Of a stretch of 47,623 nt of DNA, positions 10,102 to 20,412 are shown piece after piece. The DNA comes from Escherichia phage TanjaMuster_Bas81. The DNA lies in sequence record PQ850630.1; one strand, written 5' to 3'. Positions within the stretch are counted from its first letter, which is position 1, and every line of letters starts with the position of its first letter. Position numbers and translations under genes: made by a program. The notes below the pieces were generated by a model. That model worked only from the letters and a program-made list of their open reading frames with translations, was not told where the DNA came from and ran no database searches.

Positions 10102-10308
10102 TTAGAACTGAGTAATGCGAGCGTCTAAAATATTCCCATAGGTTCGCATTGCGTTAAGTTGAGTGAAGAGTAGATGCTTTTCAATTTCAGGAAGAAGCAT
10201 ATATTCAGGATTATTTTTGATAAAGGCATCAAGCATTTCCGCCCTTCCCCATAAGTCGCGAGCCTCATCAATAACTCTTTTTTGGTAAGGTTTCATTTCT
10301 TTAGTCAT
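10102..10308 (-). CDS. hypothetical protein
   Basis: 68-aa track ORF. Confidence 0.5.
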   Translation of the reverse strand: MTKEMKPYQKRVIDEARDLWGRAEMLDAFIKNNPEYMLLPEIEKHLLFTQLNAMRTYGNILDARITQF

Positions 10309-10460
10309 TTTAATTTTCCGTATAGCGGTTTAATTTCATACCCAAACATCTGCGCATTCTCATGCTCAACGCTACCAGCAAACACCAGGTAACGCTTGCC
10401 TCGATTATCCGTAACGATGTAGGCAGATGGCTCACTCTGCTGGCAATGTTGTTGGCTCAT
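10305..10460 (-). CDS. hypothetical protein (51 aa)
   Basis: track ORF 10305..10523 trimmed to ATG 10460 preceded by GAGGAA RBS. Confidence 0.4.
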   Translation of the reverse strand: MSQQHCQQSEPSAYIVTDNRGKRYLVFAGSVEHENAQMFGYEIKPLYGKLK

Positions 10461-10740
10461 CAACAGATTCCTCAACCGCAGCTTCAACGATGCGCACCAG
10501 TGAACACTCAAGGTTCGGTGCATTGTAATTACCAGCCAGAAACAGAACGCTACCCGTACTAATCAGCACCTGCTTTGCGCCTGCCTGTGACAGATTCTGC
10601 ACGATGAATTGCGCCGTTTCCGTGCCGATTTTCAGCACTGCACTACCGTCGCTGTTCAGTGATACCAGTTGTGCGGATGTGTCAGCAATATTGGTAAAGT
10701 TCGCATTTCGTTGCGCGATTGTGATGTCGCAGAATGACAT
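10432..10740 (-). CDS. hypothetical protein
   Basis: 102-aa track ORF; 29-nt overlap with downstream gene. Confidence 0.45.
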   Translation of the reverse strand: MSFCDITIAQRNANFTNIADTSAQLVSLNSDGSAVLKIGTETAQFIVQNLSQAGAKQVLISTGSVLFLAGNYNAPNLECSLVRIVEAAVEESVDEPTTLPAE

Positions 10741-11231
10741 TATTTAATCTCTCCATTCAGTTCATTAACAATTAACGTCGCATAGCCAGCAATATCTTTC
10801 CAGCTATCGTCATAAGTCGGGTCGCCATTCAGGATGCGCCCAATCTTGTGCTGAATCATGTCGAGCGCCTCGCGTTGGCTTGGCGTCAGGTTGCGCCAGC
10901 CATCTACCTCGCGCATTACATCTTTCAGCTCCTGCATGATTTCAGCGCCGTCTTTGAATTTGCCGTATCGACTACCGCGTTCGGTGATGAGTTGCTCGGT
11001 TGCGTCAGCCTCTGGCGCGCCAATGCAATCGTTGAGGTCTTGCTCGTCGGTAATTGGCTCACGGTATGCAATAACAACATCCCCGCAACCCTCAATCACT
11101 TCAATGCGACCAGCATAATCTATGCTTAGATAGAAAATCTCACCAGTACTTCCTGACTTAACTACAAGATAAGCCGTGTCATGGCCAGCAAAATCATCAT
11201 CACATCCTTTCAGATATTTCCACTTTTTCAT
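10740..11231 (-). CDS. hypothetical protein (acidic, conserved-looking LTPSQREALDMIQHKIGRI...DSWKDIAGYA segment)
   Basis: 163-aa track ORF; family not confidently recognised. Confidence 0.55.
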   Translation of the reverse strand: MKKWKYLKGCDDDFAGHDTAYLVVKSGSTGEIFYLSIDYAGRIEVIEGCGDVVIAYREPITDEQDLNDCIGAPEADATEQLITERGSRYGKFKDGAEIMQELKDVMREVDGWRNLTPSQREALDMIQHKIGRILNGDPTYDDSWKDIAGYATLIVNELNGEIK

Positions 11232-11422
11232 TTCATCGTCACCAGATTATTTTCATCAACATTAAAATTCTCACGAATCACCTGGTACATCTCATCTTTA
11301 GGCATATCAGCCAGTGCCACATAGCAGCGGGCAAAGTAGCGAACATCACGGAGTGTCAGCGGCTGGCGCTTCTCCACAATGCTGGTGATAATGTCCATCG
11401 GCTCGCGTCGTGGTCTTGGCAT
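11228..11422 (-). CDS. hypothetical protein
   Basis: track ORF trimmed to ATG 11422 with AAGGAG RBS. Confidence 0.5.
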   Translation of the reverse strand: MPRPRREPMDIITSIVEKRQPLTLRDVRYFARCYVALADMPKDEMYQVIRENFNVDENNLVTMK

Positions 11423-11522
11423 ATTTACTACTCCTTCTCGAAAATTATTGTTGACCAATCTACATCATTTAGTCAATACTTATTGACGTAGATTGTACCA
11501 CAACGGAAAAGGTGATGTGGAA

Positions 11523-11720
11523 ATGCGATACAAAGAAATAGCAGCGAGATATCAGAAAGAGGTGCGCGAGGTTATGGAAATCCTTAACGTTCGCGAAGAT
11601 ACCATTAAGTATGTGGAAACTGCCATGTGTTCACTGGCTCTTGAAGCGGAGGTTGCAGGTCGTGAAAAGGCTGACGAACTTATATCTGCGGTGGTTTATA
11701 GTTCAACCAGTAACGGTTGA
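11523..11720 (+). CDS. hypothetical protein
   Basis: track ORF trimmed to ATG 11523 after AAAAGGTGA. Confidence 0.5.
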   Translation: MRYKEIAARYQKEVREVMEILNVREDTIKYVETAMCSLALEAEVAGREKADELISAVVYSSTSNG

Positions 11721-11780
11721 AGACGAAGGTTATCTGTGCGTTGAGCATGTTGTTATTAAATTCTACGGGAGAAATTACAA

Positions 11781-11975
11781 ATGGCGCATGACGAGCTGTA
11801 CGAAAACTCGCTAATCCAGCGACTGAATGAAGTTGAACGTACTCGCGAATGGCTTGAGTGTGACCTGCGAGAAGTGCGTAACCGCCTGCAACGCAATCGC
11901 AGCCAGCAGAAGGACGTTATCGACTGGTCGGGCGATACGCCTAAATTTAACAACATTGGAGAATGGATAAAATGA
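11781..11975 (+). CDS. hypothetical coiled-coil protein
   Basis: 64-aa track ORF, GGGAGA RBS. Confidence 0.5.
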   Translation: MAHDELYENSLIQRLNEVERTREWLECDLREVRNRLQRNRSQQKDVIDWSGDTPKFNNIGEWIK

Positions 11976-12193
11976 GAAAGTTCAGCACGATACACGAATT
12001 GGTTTTAGCTGATATTCGTGAGTCAAACGCCAGAAATAAGAAGTCAAGAAATCAGCGGCAAGATATTACTTTTCGCACACTGCTTAAGCAATCGATGCGC
12101 AATAAAAAGGAATGGAGATACAGACGCGACCGAGTTCTGATAAGACTGTGCAAGTTAAACATGAATAAGATACTTAAGGATATGACAAAATGA
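11972..12193 (+). CDS. hypothetical basic protein
   Basis: track ORF, ATG 11972 overlapping upstream stop (ATGA). Confidence 0.5.
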   Translation: MRKFSTIHELVLADIRESNARNKKSRNQRQDITFRTLLKQSMRNKKEWRYRRDRVLIRLCKLNMNKILKDMTK

Positions 12194-12441
12194 GCGCACC
12201 ACATATGCCGATGATGAATGAGGAAGGATTTTTGAACTGCCCATTCTGTGGCTGCAATGAAGTTAGCATTGCTGTCGATGAGGATGGGTGGGAGTACATA
12301 GAATGCGGAGATTGCTATTGCCGTACAGACGCATTTCGTAACAGAGAGCTAATGACTAAATCATGGAACACGAGAGAGGGACACATCTACACCGCAGACG
12401 ACTTCAATCAGGCAGCGGAGGAGCGCGATTATGGATTATAA
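12190..12441 (+). CDS. Lar-family restriction alleviation protein (zinc-ribbon)
   Basis: CPFCG...C..C motif and KSWNTRE segment match my recollection of the Lar (Rac prophage) family signature. Confidence 0.55.
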   Translation: MSAPHMPMMNEEGFLNCPFCGCNEVSIAVDEDGWEYIECGDCYCRTDAFRNRELMTKSWNTREGHIYTADDFNQAAEERDYGL

Positions 12442-12919
12442 ATCACAAATCATGCGCGTGATTATGATGCATCCCGGCGCAACGCGTGCATACATTGAGA
12501 AGCATTGCGGAGGAAAGCACTCTAGCACTACAACGCACCGTCTGCATGAGATGCTTGCGCTTGGCTTTATTCGCCGCGAGAAGTCAGTGATTCGTGGTGG
12601 CAAGTGGCAGTATAAGTATTTCATCTCTGATGATGCGGCAGGTATTGATGATGCAATTAAGTGCCATCTGATTGATAACGCTGGCGCAGAAGTGAAAGAA
12701 ATCAGCATCGCAACTGGCATTGATTACCGAATCGTGAAAAGCCGCGTCCGCATTATGTTTCATAACGGTGATGTGACGCGAAGCTATGACCACCACAAGA
12801 AACTGTGGCGTTACTCATGGAAGGAGCAGGAAGTAAATGTGAGCAACCTGTTTAATTCACTTCTTCGCAACGCAAGAGGTCGTCATGGGGAAAGCGAAAC
12901 GCAAGAAGCAAGAGTATGA
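12431..12919 (+). CDS. hypothetical protein
   Basis: 162-aa track ORF. Confidence 0.55.
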   Translation: MDYKSQIMRVIMMHPGATRAYIEKHCGGKHSSTTTHRLHEMLALGFIRREKSVIRGGKWQYKYFISDDAAGIDDAIKCHLIDNAGAEVKEISIATGIDYRIVKSRVRIMFHNGDVTRSYDHHKKLWRYSWKEQEVNVSNLFNSLLRNARGRHGESETQEARV

Positions 12920-13061
12920 GCCACTGCCGCCATGCGAAATGTCAGGAATGCCACAGCAAGAGGACGTGATTCTCACCGAGGCAGAGTGGCGCAAGGTGGC
13001 AAGGGTGCAAATCATGTTCCGCAAACTTGCTGAGGACGTACTAAATGAGATGGGCTATTAA
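12885..13061 (+). CDS. hypothetical protein (58 aa)
   Basis: manual translation MGKAKRKKQEYEPLPPCEMSGMPQQEDVILTEAEWRKV...; AGAGGT RBS; overlaps both neighbours. Confidence 0.3.
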   Translation: MGKAKRKKQEYEPLPPCEMSGMPQQEDVILTEAEWRKVARVQIMFRKLAEDVLNEMGY

Positions 13062-13395
13062 GCACAAATCCGGCAGAACTCTGTTTGTAACATCAGATGA
13101 GTTCATTGCCAATAACCGTAAAGAGATGGGCTGGATAGTGGAGGAAGTGAAGATGACGAGTAAAGAGCAGTTTAACGAATGGTTTTATGAATATACCGGG
13201 TGCAACCCAAAGGACAGTAGATATGTGAATATGGTCGAGATGTACTGGATGGCATGGCAGGCATCTCGCGCAGCAATTGAGATTGAATTGCCAGAGCCGT
13301 GCTCCCCAGGTGATTTCTGTGTTGATATACCAGCACAAGCACATCATGAAGTTATTGAAGCAATCGAAAACGCAGGCTTAAAGGTGAAAAAATGA
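13045..13395 (+). CDS. hypothetical protein
   Basis: 116-aa track ORF. Confidence 0.55.
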   Translation: MRWAIKHKSGRTLFVTSDEFIANNRKEMGWIVEEVKMTSKEQFNEWFYEYTGCNPKDSRYVNMVEMYWMAWQASRAAIEIELPEPCSPGDFCVDIPAQAHHEVIEAIENAGLKVKK

Positions 13396-13721
13396 TTATC
13401 CAGTTAAACGACATTATGAAAGCAGACATCATTCAGCTTGAAGATTATGACATGCAATTGGCGTTTGAAATCGAAACTGTTGAGCGTCAACTGCAATATG
13501 CAGATAAGAAGAATGACCGCGTCTGGCATGAGAAAGCACTTAAGGCACGCGACCACATGAAGCGCACGCGAGCACTCATCAAAACGCGACTCGATAAGCT
13601 GTATTTTGGCGAAGAAAGGATGTTGCATGGCGCAATTCTTGCCGAGGTGCGCAAAACAATGTCAGTTGGTCGCTTCATGGAACTGGTACATAAGGCTAAA
13701 CGTAATGCGGGGTTGGTTTGA
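13392..13721 (+). CDS. hypothetical protein
   Basis: 109-aa track ORF. Confidence 0.55.
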   Translation: MIIQLNDIMKADIIQLEDYDMQLAFEIETVERQLQYADKKNDRVWHEKALKARDHMKRTRALIKTRLDKLYFGEERMLHGAILAEVRKTMSVGRFMELVHKAKRNAGLV

Positions 13722-13969
13722 TGGAATTTAATATAAATGAGTCTGTAAAAATTAAGCTCAACGATAATGGCATCAATATTCTGCGCAAGCGACACAATGA
13801 ACTTCGTTTGAGAGTTCCTGGTATTGGTGATTTTGTCGAGCCAGCAAAAGATGATGATGGATATTCGTCATTTCCGCTGTGGGCGCTATTCGATACATTT
13901 GGAGAATATGTCCACCTTGGGTGCATTCCACCATTCGACACTACAATTATCATCCCGGAGCGAAAATGA
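13718..13969 (+). CDS. hypothetical protein
   Basis: 83-aa track ORF. Confidence 0.5.
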   Translation: MMEFNINESVKIKLNDNGINILRKRHNELRLRVPGIGDFVEPAKDDDGYSSFPLWALFDTFGEYVHLGCIPPFDTTIIIPERK

Positions 13970-14112
13970 TTCCATTACTTTGGATATTATCCGCCTACGC
14001 ATTCGCAAGGGTATTTGAGGCTGACACGCTGTACCAGATGATTTGCTATGGCGCTCTGTTCTGCCTGTCAGGTGCTGCGCTTGCATTCATGGATGATGTG
14101 ATTTCAGACTAA
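13966..14112 (+). CDS. small membrane protein (48 aa)
   Basis: track ORF 13879..14112 trimmed to ATG 13966 after GGAGCGAAA; hydrophobic MIPLLWILSAYAFARVF... Confidence 0.45.
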   Translation: MIPLLWILSAYAFARVFEADTLYQMICYGALFCLSGAALAFMDDVISD

Positions 14113-14264
14113 CACCGTATATCTTTTGTTCATCATGGGCTGCTATCATTTAATCAGGAGGTAGCCCATGAACATAATCCCTATCACTTACTTTCTCACG
14201 CTCTACGCGCTCACCGACTCGCCATTGTTTGCACTGGCTACCGCCTCATGGTGCTACATCTCCC

Positions 14265-14275
14265 TGTGTTATAAT
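14265..14275 (+). promoter_or_regulatory. extended -10 promoter (TGtTATAAT) upstream of capsid genes
   Basis: tgtgttataat at 14265-14275, about 30 nt before RBS of gene 14307. Confidence 0.45.
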
Positions 14276-14306
14276 TCGACCACAAACTAACCGTGGAGAG
14301 TTAACC

Positions 14307-16183
<1,877 letters not shown>

Positions 16184-16194
16184 GGAGCCGAATA

Positions 16195-17265
16195 ATGGAA
16201 AAGATTATTTTTACCAAAGACTTGGTAGCCAACTCCGCAGTAGTGGCTGACCAGTGGAAACATCTCACTATCGACCGTAAGGTGTTCTGCAATGCAGAAG
16301 CTGAGCTGGCGAAAACTTACGGTGTGAACGCCACCGCACTGGTAACGAAAGATTACTGGCGCGACGTGGACAACGTCACCACCCGCGTTTTCCGCAACGA
16401 AGCTGGTCAGGACATGATGGCTGACCTGATGGTTATCGCGGCAAACATCAACATCGGTAAGACTGTAGCAATCAGCCGCATCGCTTCCGATGCTGGTAAG
16501 GTCGTCCGCACCCTGTCTGGTCAGGAACCGGAAGATTTGGATAAAACTCGCTACGATTACACTGGCGATGTGATTCCAATCTTCAAGACTGGCTACAGCC
16601 GCGAATGGCGCGAACTGCTGGGTATGCAGTCTGAAGGTTTTGACCCACTGCTGGACGATCAGGCTAACGTCACCTTCAACCTGCGTTCCGACATGGCGCA
16701 GTATCTGCTGACTGGTGACCAGACTCTGAACGTGAACGGCGTTTACACTGGATACGGTATCACCAACCACCCGAACACTGTTCAGGTTAACCTGAATGCT
16801 TCCGGCGGCCTGAACATCGACCTGCAAACCGCAACACCAGACGAAATCGTGACCTTCTTCAATCAGGATTTCCAGGCTATTCTTGATGCGCAGAACGTAT
16901 TTGAGCAGGTGACTCTGTGGGTTTCCCCAGCAGTACGCCGCAGCTTCATGCGCCCGTATTCTGATGCAGCAGGTTTCAAAGGTGGCACTGTTGAGCAGTA
17001 CATCACGCAGTTTGGCAACGGTCGCATCGGCAAGATCGGCACCAACTTCCTGCTGACCGGCAACCATTTCGTTGGCTATGTTCGCAACGACATGTACATC
17101 CGTCCGCGTGTTGCTCAGCCTGTTTCCACCTACGCAGCAGCCCGTGCAAACCCGCACGATAACTTCAATTTCCTCGTGTGGTCTGCTTTTGGTCTGCAAA
17201 TTCGCAAGGATGCCACTGGCAAGTCAAGAGTATTCAACGGCTACGGCACGCAAACTACGGTGTAA
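16195..17265 (+). CDS. major capsid protein
   Basis: 356 aa, strong GGAG RBS, followed by attenuator hairpin; position after scaffold/decoration genes. Confidence 0.6.
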   Translation: MEKIIFTKDLVANSAVVADQWKHLTIDRKVFCNAEAELAKTYGVNATALVTKDYWRDVDNVTTRVFRNEAGQDMMADLMVIAANINIGKTVAISRIASDAGKVVRTLSGQEPEDLDKTRYDYTGDVIPIFKTGYSREWRELLGMQSEGFDPLLDDQANVTFNLRSDMAQYLLTGDQTLNVNGVYTGYGITNHPNTVQVNLNASGGLNIDLQTATPDEIVTFFNQDFQAILDAQNVFEQVTLWVSPAVRRSFMRPYSDAAGFKGGTVEQYITQFGNGRIGKIGTNFLLTGNHFVGYVRNDMYIRPRVAQPVSTYAAARANPHDNFNFLVWSAFGLQIRKDATGKSRVFNGYGTQTTV

Positions 17266-17267
17266 TA

Positions 17268-17290
17268 AAAAAGGGGCGAAAGCCCCTTTA
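17268..17290 (+). terminator. attenuator hairpin downstream of major capsid gene
   Basis: aggggc/gcccct stem with GAAA loop followed by short TTT. Confidence 0.45.
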
Positions 17291-17308
17291 TAACCACTAG
17301 AGGTCACC

Positions 17309-17683
17309 ATGAGCGATAAAGACATTGAGCAGGAAATCCAAGAAAAAGGATTGACAGCGCCACGCATCACTCTGCAGCACATTCAGTCACTCATTGATGG
17401 TGAATATTATTTTACGGCAGCAGACGGTGTGCAACAGTCGATGCACAAACAGGATGAGTTAACCAGACTCGTTGGCCCCCATAGAGAAATTGAATTTCTT
17501 ACCTTTTGTGTTTTGGTGTTGAAAAATGGCTTCACCGTCACAGGTGAAAGCGCATGTGCCAGCCCTGAGAATTTCGATGCTGAAATTGGTCGCAAGATTG
17601 CGCGCGAAAATGCGGTTAACAAAATTTGGATGCTGGAAGGATACCTACTTAAACAGCGTCTTTCGGAGGTGAATAATGGCTAA
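17309..17683 (+). CDS. hypothetical protein
   Basis: 124-aa track ORF, AGAGGT RBS. Confidence 0.55.
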   Translation: MSDKDIEQEIQEKGLTAPRITLQHIQSLIDGEYYFTAADGVQQSMHKQDELTRLVGPHREIEFLTFCVLVLKNGFTVTGESACASPENFDAEIGRKIARENAVNKIWMLEGYLLKQRLSEVNNG

Positions 17684-17873
17684 GTACGAAGTGATCGCTC
17701 GCGGAATCTTTGTTAAAGAGAAAGGCAAGATTCGTGAGTTGCAGCTTGGCGAGGTGATTACCGAACCAGACGAGCATCTGCTACCAAAACTGCGCATCAT
17801 GCCAGAGCTGGAAAAGTCTTTCGAAGTCGCAACCCCGCAAGAAAAGACGACAAAGAAAAAGAAAGCAGAGTAA
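17676..17873 (+). CDS. hypothetical protein
   Basis: 65-aa track ORF, lysine-rich C-terminus. Confidence 0.5.
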   Translation: MAKYEVIARGIFVKEKGKIRELQLGEVITEPDEHLLPKLRIMPELEKSFEVATPQEKTTKKKKAE

Positions 17874-17875
17874 AC

Positions 17876-17901
17876 AAAACCCGCATTATGCGGGTTTTTT
17901 A
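17876..17901. terminator. bidirectional intrinsic terminator
   Basis: cccgc/gcggg stem flanked by A4 and T6. Confidence 0.75.
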
Positions 17902-17904
17902 TTG

Positions 17905-18441
17905 CTACAGACGCATCGGCATAACAACAATCTTCGCAGTCTCGCCAGATGGCGCACTAAGGCAGCAAACTGCGGCATTTGTATTTCCATTCAACTCAAA
18001 CTTAACGCCACAGAATTTAGGATTAAACAACTTAGCCACTTTCTCGATATCAACAAGGTAGCCAGCATTAAAGCCAATTTCCTCTGCTGCTTTAGTTTCT
18101 TTTGGTATCACGCGGTCAATATCAGGGAATCGACCATCAATCTCTTCGCAGATACCAGCTCCAACCATCACGCCAGCTTCATCATGATACGTTGAAATTT
18201 TCGACTTGGTATCAATGATGGCGTACTCATAACGTTTTGTTGGAGATTTGCCAATCTTGATAATCACCTTTTCTGTCAGCTTATTGTCATGGCTGCCGCC
18301 AATAAATGCGCGATGACCGTCAGTTGATGCGACGCGACCATCAGGCATGAAGCAGATGCCATTCAGGTAGTAACGCACATCGTTTTTCGCCTGAAATATC
18401 AACGCGCCTTCAAGTAATAATTTGCTGATTTTTAGTTTCAT
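17905..18441 (-). CDS. truncated DNA polymerase III beta-clamp (DnaN)-like protein
   Basis: 178 aa; motifs DVRYYLNG, TDGHR, DGRFPD..RVIPK, IGFNAGY and C-terminal IVVMPMRL resemble domain II/III of bacterial beta clamp as I recall E. coli DnaN (...YVVMPMRL); about half clamp length. Confidence 0.55.
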   Translation of the reverse strand: MKLKISKLLLEGALIFQAKNDVRYYLNGICFMPDGRVASTDGHRAFIGGSHDNKLTEKVIIKIGKSPTKRYEYAIIDTKSKISTYHDEAGVMVGAGICEEIDGRFPDIDRVIPKETKAAEEIGFNAGYLVDIEKVAKLFNPKFCGVKFELNGNTNAAVCCLSAPSGETAKIVVMPMRL

Positions 18442-18617
18442 CACTTCACCTTAATCATGTGTTGTTTTGCAACCTTCAGGCATTCTTCAAAAATGCCACC
18501 CTTCTTTGCGCTCTGATTGCGCCTGTAGTGGGTAATTGCGGCCTCTATGGCCGCGTTGTCGATGCCCGGCAGTTTGTCGCGCAGGTTTTTCTCGATGAAT
18601 TGTTCAGGAGTCATCAT
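18441..18617 (-). CDS. hypothetical protein (58 aa)
   Basis: manual translation MMTPEQFIEKNLRDKLPGIDNAAIEAAITHYRR...; start and stop overlap neighbours by 1 nt (TGATG). Confidence 0.4.
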   Translation of the reverse strand: MMTPEQFIEKNLRDKLPGIDNAAIEAAITHYRRNQSAKKGGIFEECLKVAKQHMIKVK

Positions 18618-18880
18618 CAATCACCATCATCGTGAAGGCTGTTGAGTTTGCCTCCGCAGAAAGGACAAAAATTAAGCAGAACTGGATTTTTATTTCCAGC
18701 TTGATAGGTGACTTTTTCACCCAATGATTCTCCTGTGGAAATTAGCACCGATTGCACAGAAACTAATCCTTTTGTGTTTTTATTTGCTGCACGCTGAAGG
18801 TATTCAGCGAGATGTGCGCAAATATTAGTTGCGTATCTTTTCCCTTCGCTTGCGCATGGAATTAATTTTTCGGTCATCAC
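18617..18880 (-). CDS. zinc-finger protein (C-terminal CPFCG motif)
   Basis: 87-aa track ORF with Cys..Cys...CPFCGGK. Confidence 0.5.
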   Translation of the reverse strand: MMTEKLIPCASEGKRYATNICAHLAEYLQRAANKNTKGLVSVQSVLISTGESLGEKVTYQAGNKNPVLLNFCPFCGGKLNSLHDDGD

Positions 18881-19686
18881 ATCTTCTCCAGAATAGCCAT
18901 AACTTCGTGAATATCAGCAACAGGGATCTGGATAAATTCCTCATCCTCTGCCACCACATGACCAGCAGGAAGAATCACATGGTCGGCTGGCTTCAATAAC
19001 TCAATCAAACGGTCTACTGGCTTAATCTTTTTCGACTTCAGCACCTTCGCAGTGACCTTATCCTTACCTTGCGCCTTCGCTTCTTCCACTGCCTCGTCGA
19101 TAAGTTTAACCGCATCATCACCATGCTCACGCGTTACTGCTACGGCATTTGCATAGCTGATTTGCCCGGCGCTGATGCGCGCCTTTACTTCCGCCGTAAC
19201 GTCACCAAGCGATAGGTGCATTTGCACGTCAGATACTGAGCGACCTACCTTTTTTGCTATTTCTTCATTAGTCCAGCCAAAGCCTTTCAGTCGCGTGTAA
19301 GCCTTTGCGCGTTCAAACGGGTCGAGCTTCTTGCCCTGACTTGATGACACCATAAAGGCGATTTTATCCGCCTCATCCCCTGTGAAATCCTTACACTCAA
19401 TACGAACGATTGGTGCTCCGCGCTCAATGGCTCGCAGTGCGCCGAGATAGCGATGCTGACCATCAAGAATGCGGATTCCCTTCTCGTCAGGAATAACTGT
19501 TAATGCTGGTAATGGTTGGCCTGACTCCCAGCACTGCGCGAAATATTCCACATGCTGCTCATCTGCTTCGCGGATGTTGTATCCCGGCTCCAGATAGATT
19601 TGCTCCACTGGCACGAGATAGGTTTTGTTAACAGCGATGCCGTTTCGCGTCTCTTTGTCTGAATAGATTTTGCTGAGTGTTTTCAT
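18877..19686 (-). CDS. ParB-like nuclease-domain (ParB/sulfiredoxin) protein
   Basis: ILDGQHRYLGA motif characteristic of ParB N-terminal domain; 269 aa. Confidence 0.65.
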   Translation of the reverse strand: MKTLSKIYSDKETRNGIAVNKTYLVPVEQIYLEPGYNIREADEQHVEYFAQCWESGQPLPALTVIPDEKGIRILDGQHRYLGALRAIERGAPIVRIECKDFTGDEADKIAFMVSSSQGKKLDPFERAKAYTRLKGFGWTNEEIAKKVGRSVSDVQMHLSLGDVTAEVKARISAGQISYANAVAVTREHGDDAVKLIDEAVEEAKAQGKDKVTAKVLKSKKIKPVDRLIELLKPADHVILPAGHVVAEDEEFIQIPVADIHEVMAILEKM

Positions 19687-19697
19687 TGTTTATCCTA

Positions 19698-20174
19698 TTA
19701 ATCAAAAATCCAATTTTCTGTTTCCGAGTTGTGACCGAGGTTGTAGCTAATAACAGGTTTTGATGTGTCTATTTTTTTTAATTCATCAACAACAGTTGTG
19801 ATTACGGCTATATCCTGTTTTAGTCGCATCAAGTGATATTTCTTTCTACGCAACAAGCTTTCAAGCGCTAGTTGCTGAGATTGAAACGCATAAGATCGTT
19901 CTGCTGACTTAGCAATTTTCTTGATTGCATATCTATTTTTCTTATCTTTCCACTCCGCAAGCCAGCGGGGAATATCACGTTCATGATTGTATACTTTGAA
20001 CCAGTGGGCTGGGGCTATCCATACATAGTACGCTGTCTGGTGAAAAGCAATGAACTGCTGAGAAATTATTTTGATACCGTCACTTTCGACTGTTTCAAAA
20101 TACTTCCAGTAAACAGGCATGCCGTTGAACTCTGTTTTAGCATCTGGAAATGGAACTGACCATGATTCACTCAT
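19698..20174 (-). CDS. hypothetical protein
   Basis: 158-aa track ORF, first gene of minus cassette. Confidence 0.55.
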   Translation of the reverse strand: MSESWSVPFPDAKTEFNGMPVYWKYFETVESDGIKIISQQFIAFHQTAYYVWIAPAHWFKVYNHERDIPRWLAEWKDKKNRYAIKKIAKSAERSYAFQSQQLALESLLRRKKYHLMRLKQDIAVITTVVDELKKIDTSKPVISYNLGHNSETENWIFD

Positions 20175-20216
20175 TTTTCATCACCTCTAACATTTATTGT
20201 TGTTTCTACGCCACCA

Positions 20217-20245
20217 ACTATAAACGCCGCACTAATCTACGTCAA
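20217..20245 (-). promoter_or_regulatory. sigma70-like promoter for minus-strand cassette (-35 TTGACG, 17-nt spacer, -10 TATAGT)
   Basis: rev-comp of 20240-20245 is TTGACG; rev-comp of 20217-20222 is TATAGT; 35-40 nt upstream of gene start 20174. Confidence 0.6.
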
Positions 20246-20262
20246 CAGGAATATGCTAAAAT
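20234..20262 (+). promoter_or_regulatory. extended -10 promoter (TGcTAAAAT) with AATCTACGTCA motif at -35 position; face-to-face with the minus-strand promoter
   Basis: motif 20234-20244, TG 20254-20255, TAAAAT 20257-20262. Confidence 0.5.
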
Positions 20263-20292
20263 CATGCTAATCAAACAACAGGGGATTTAAAC

Positions 20293-20412
20293 ATGGGTTC
20301 AACAAACGGTCCATCTCGTTCACGCGCTACTGGCAACACAAAAACTGGCGGCAAAACTGGCGCAGTGAAGCCAAACGGTTCTACCCGCTCACCGTCGCGC
20401 GGTAAAAAATAA
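20293..20412 (+). CDS. small basic Gly/Ser/Thr/Lys-rich peptide (39 aa)
   Basis: manual translation MGSTNGPSRSRATGNTKTGGKTGAVKPNGSTRSPSRGKK; TAATG overlap with next gene. Confidence 0.3.
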   Translation: MGSTNGPSRSRATGNTKTGGKTGAVKPNGSTRSPSRGKK

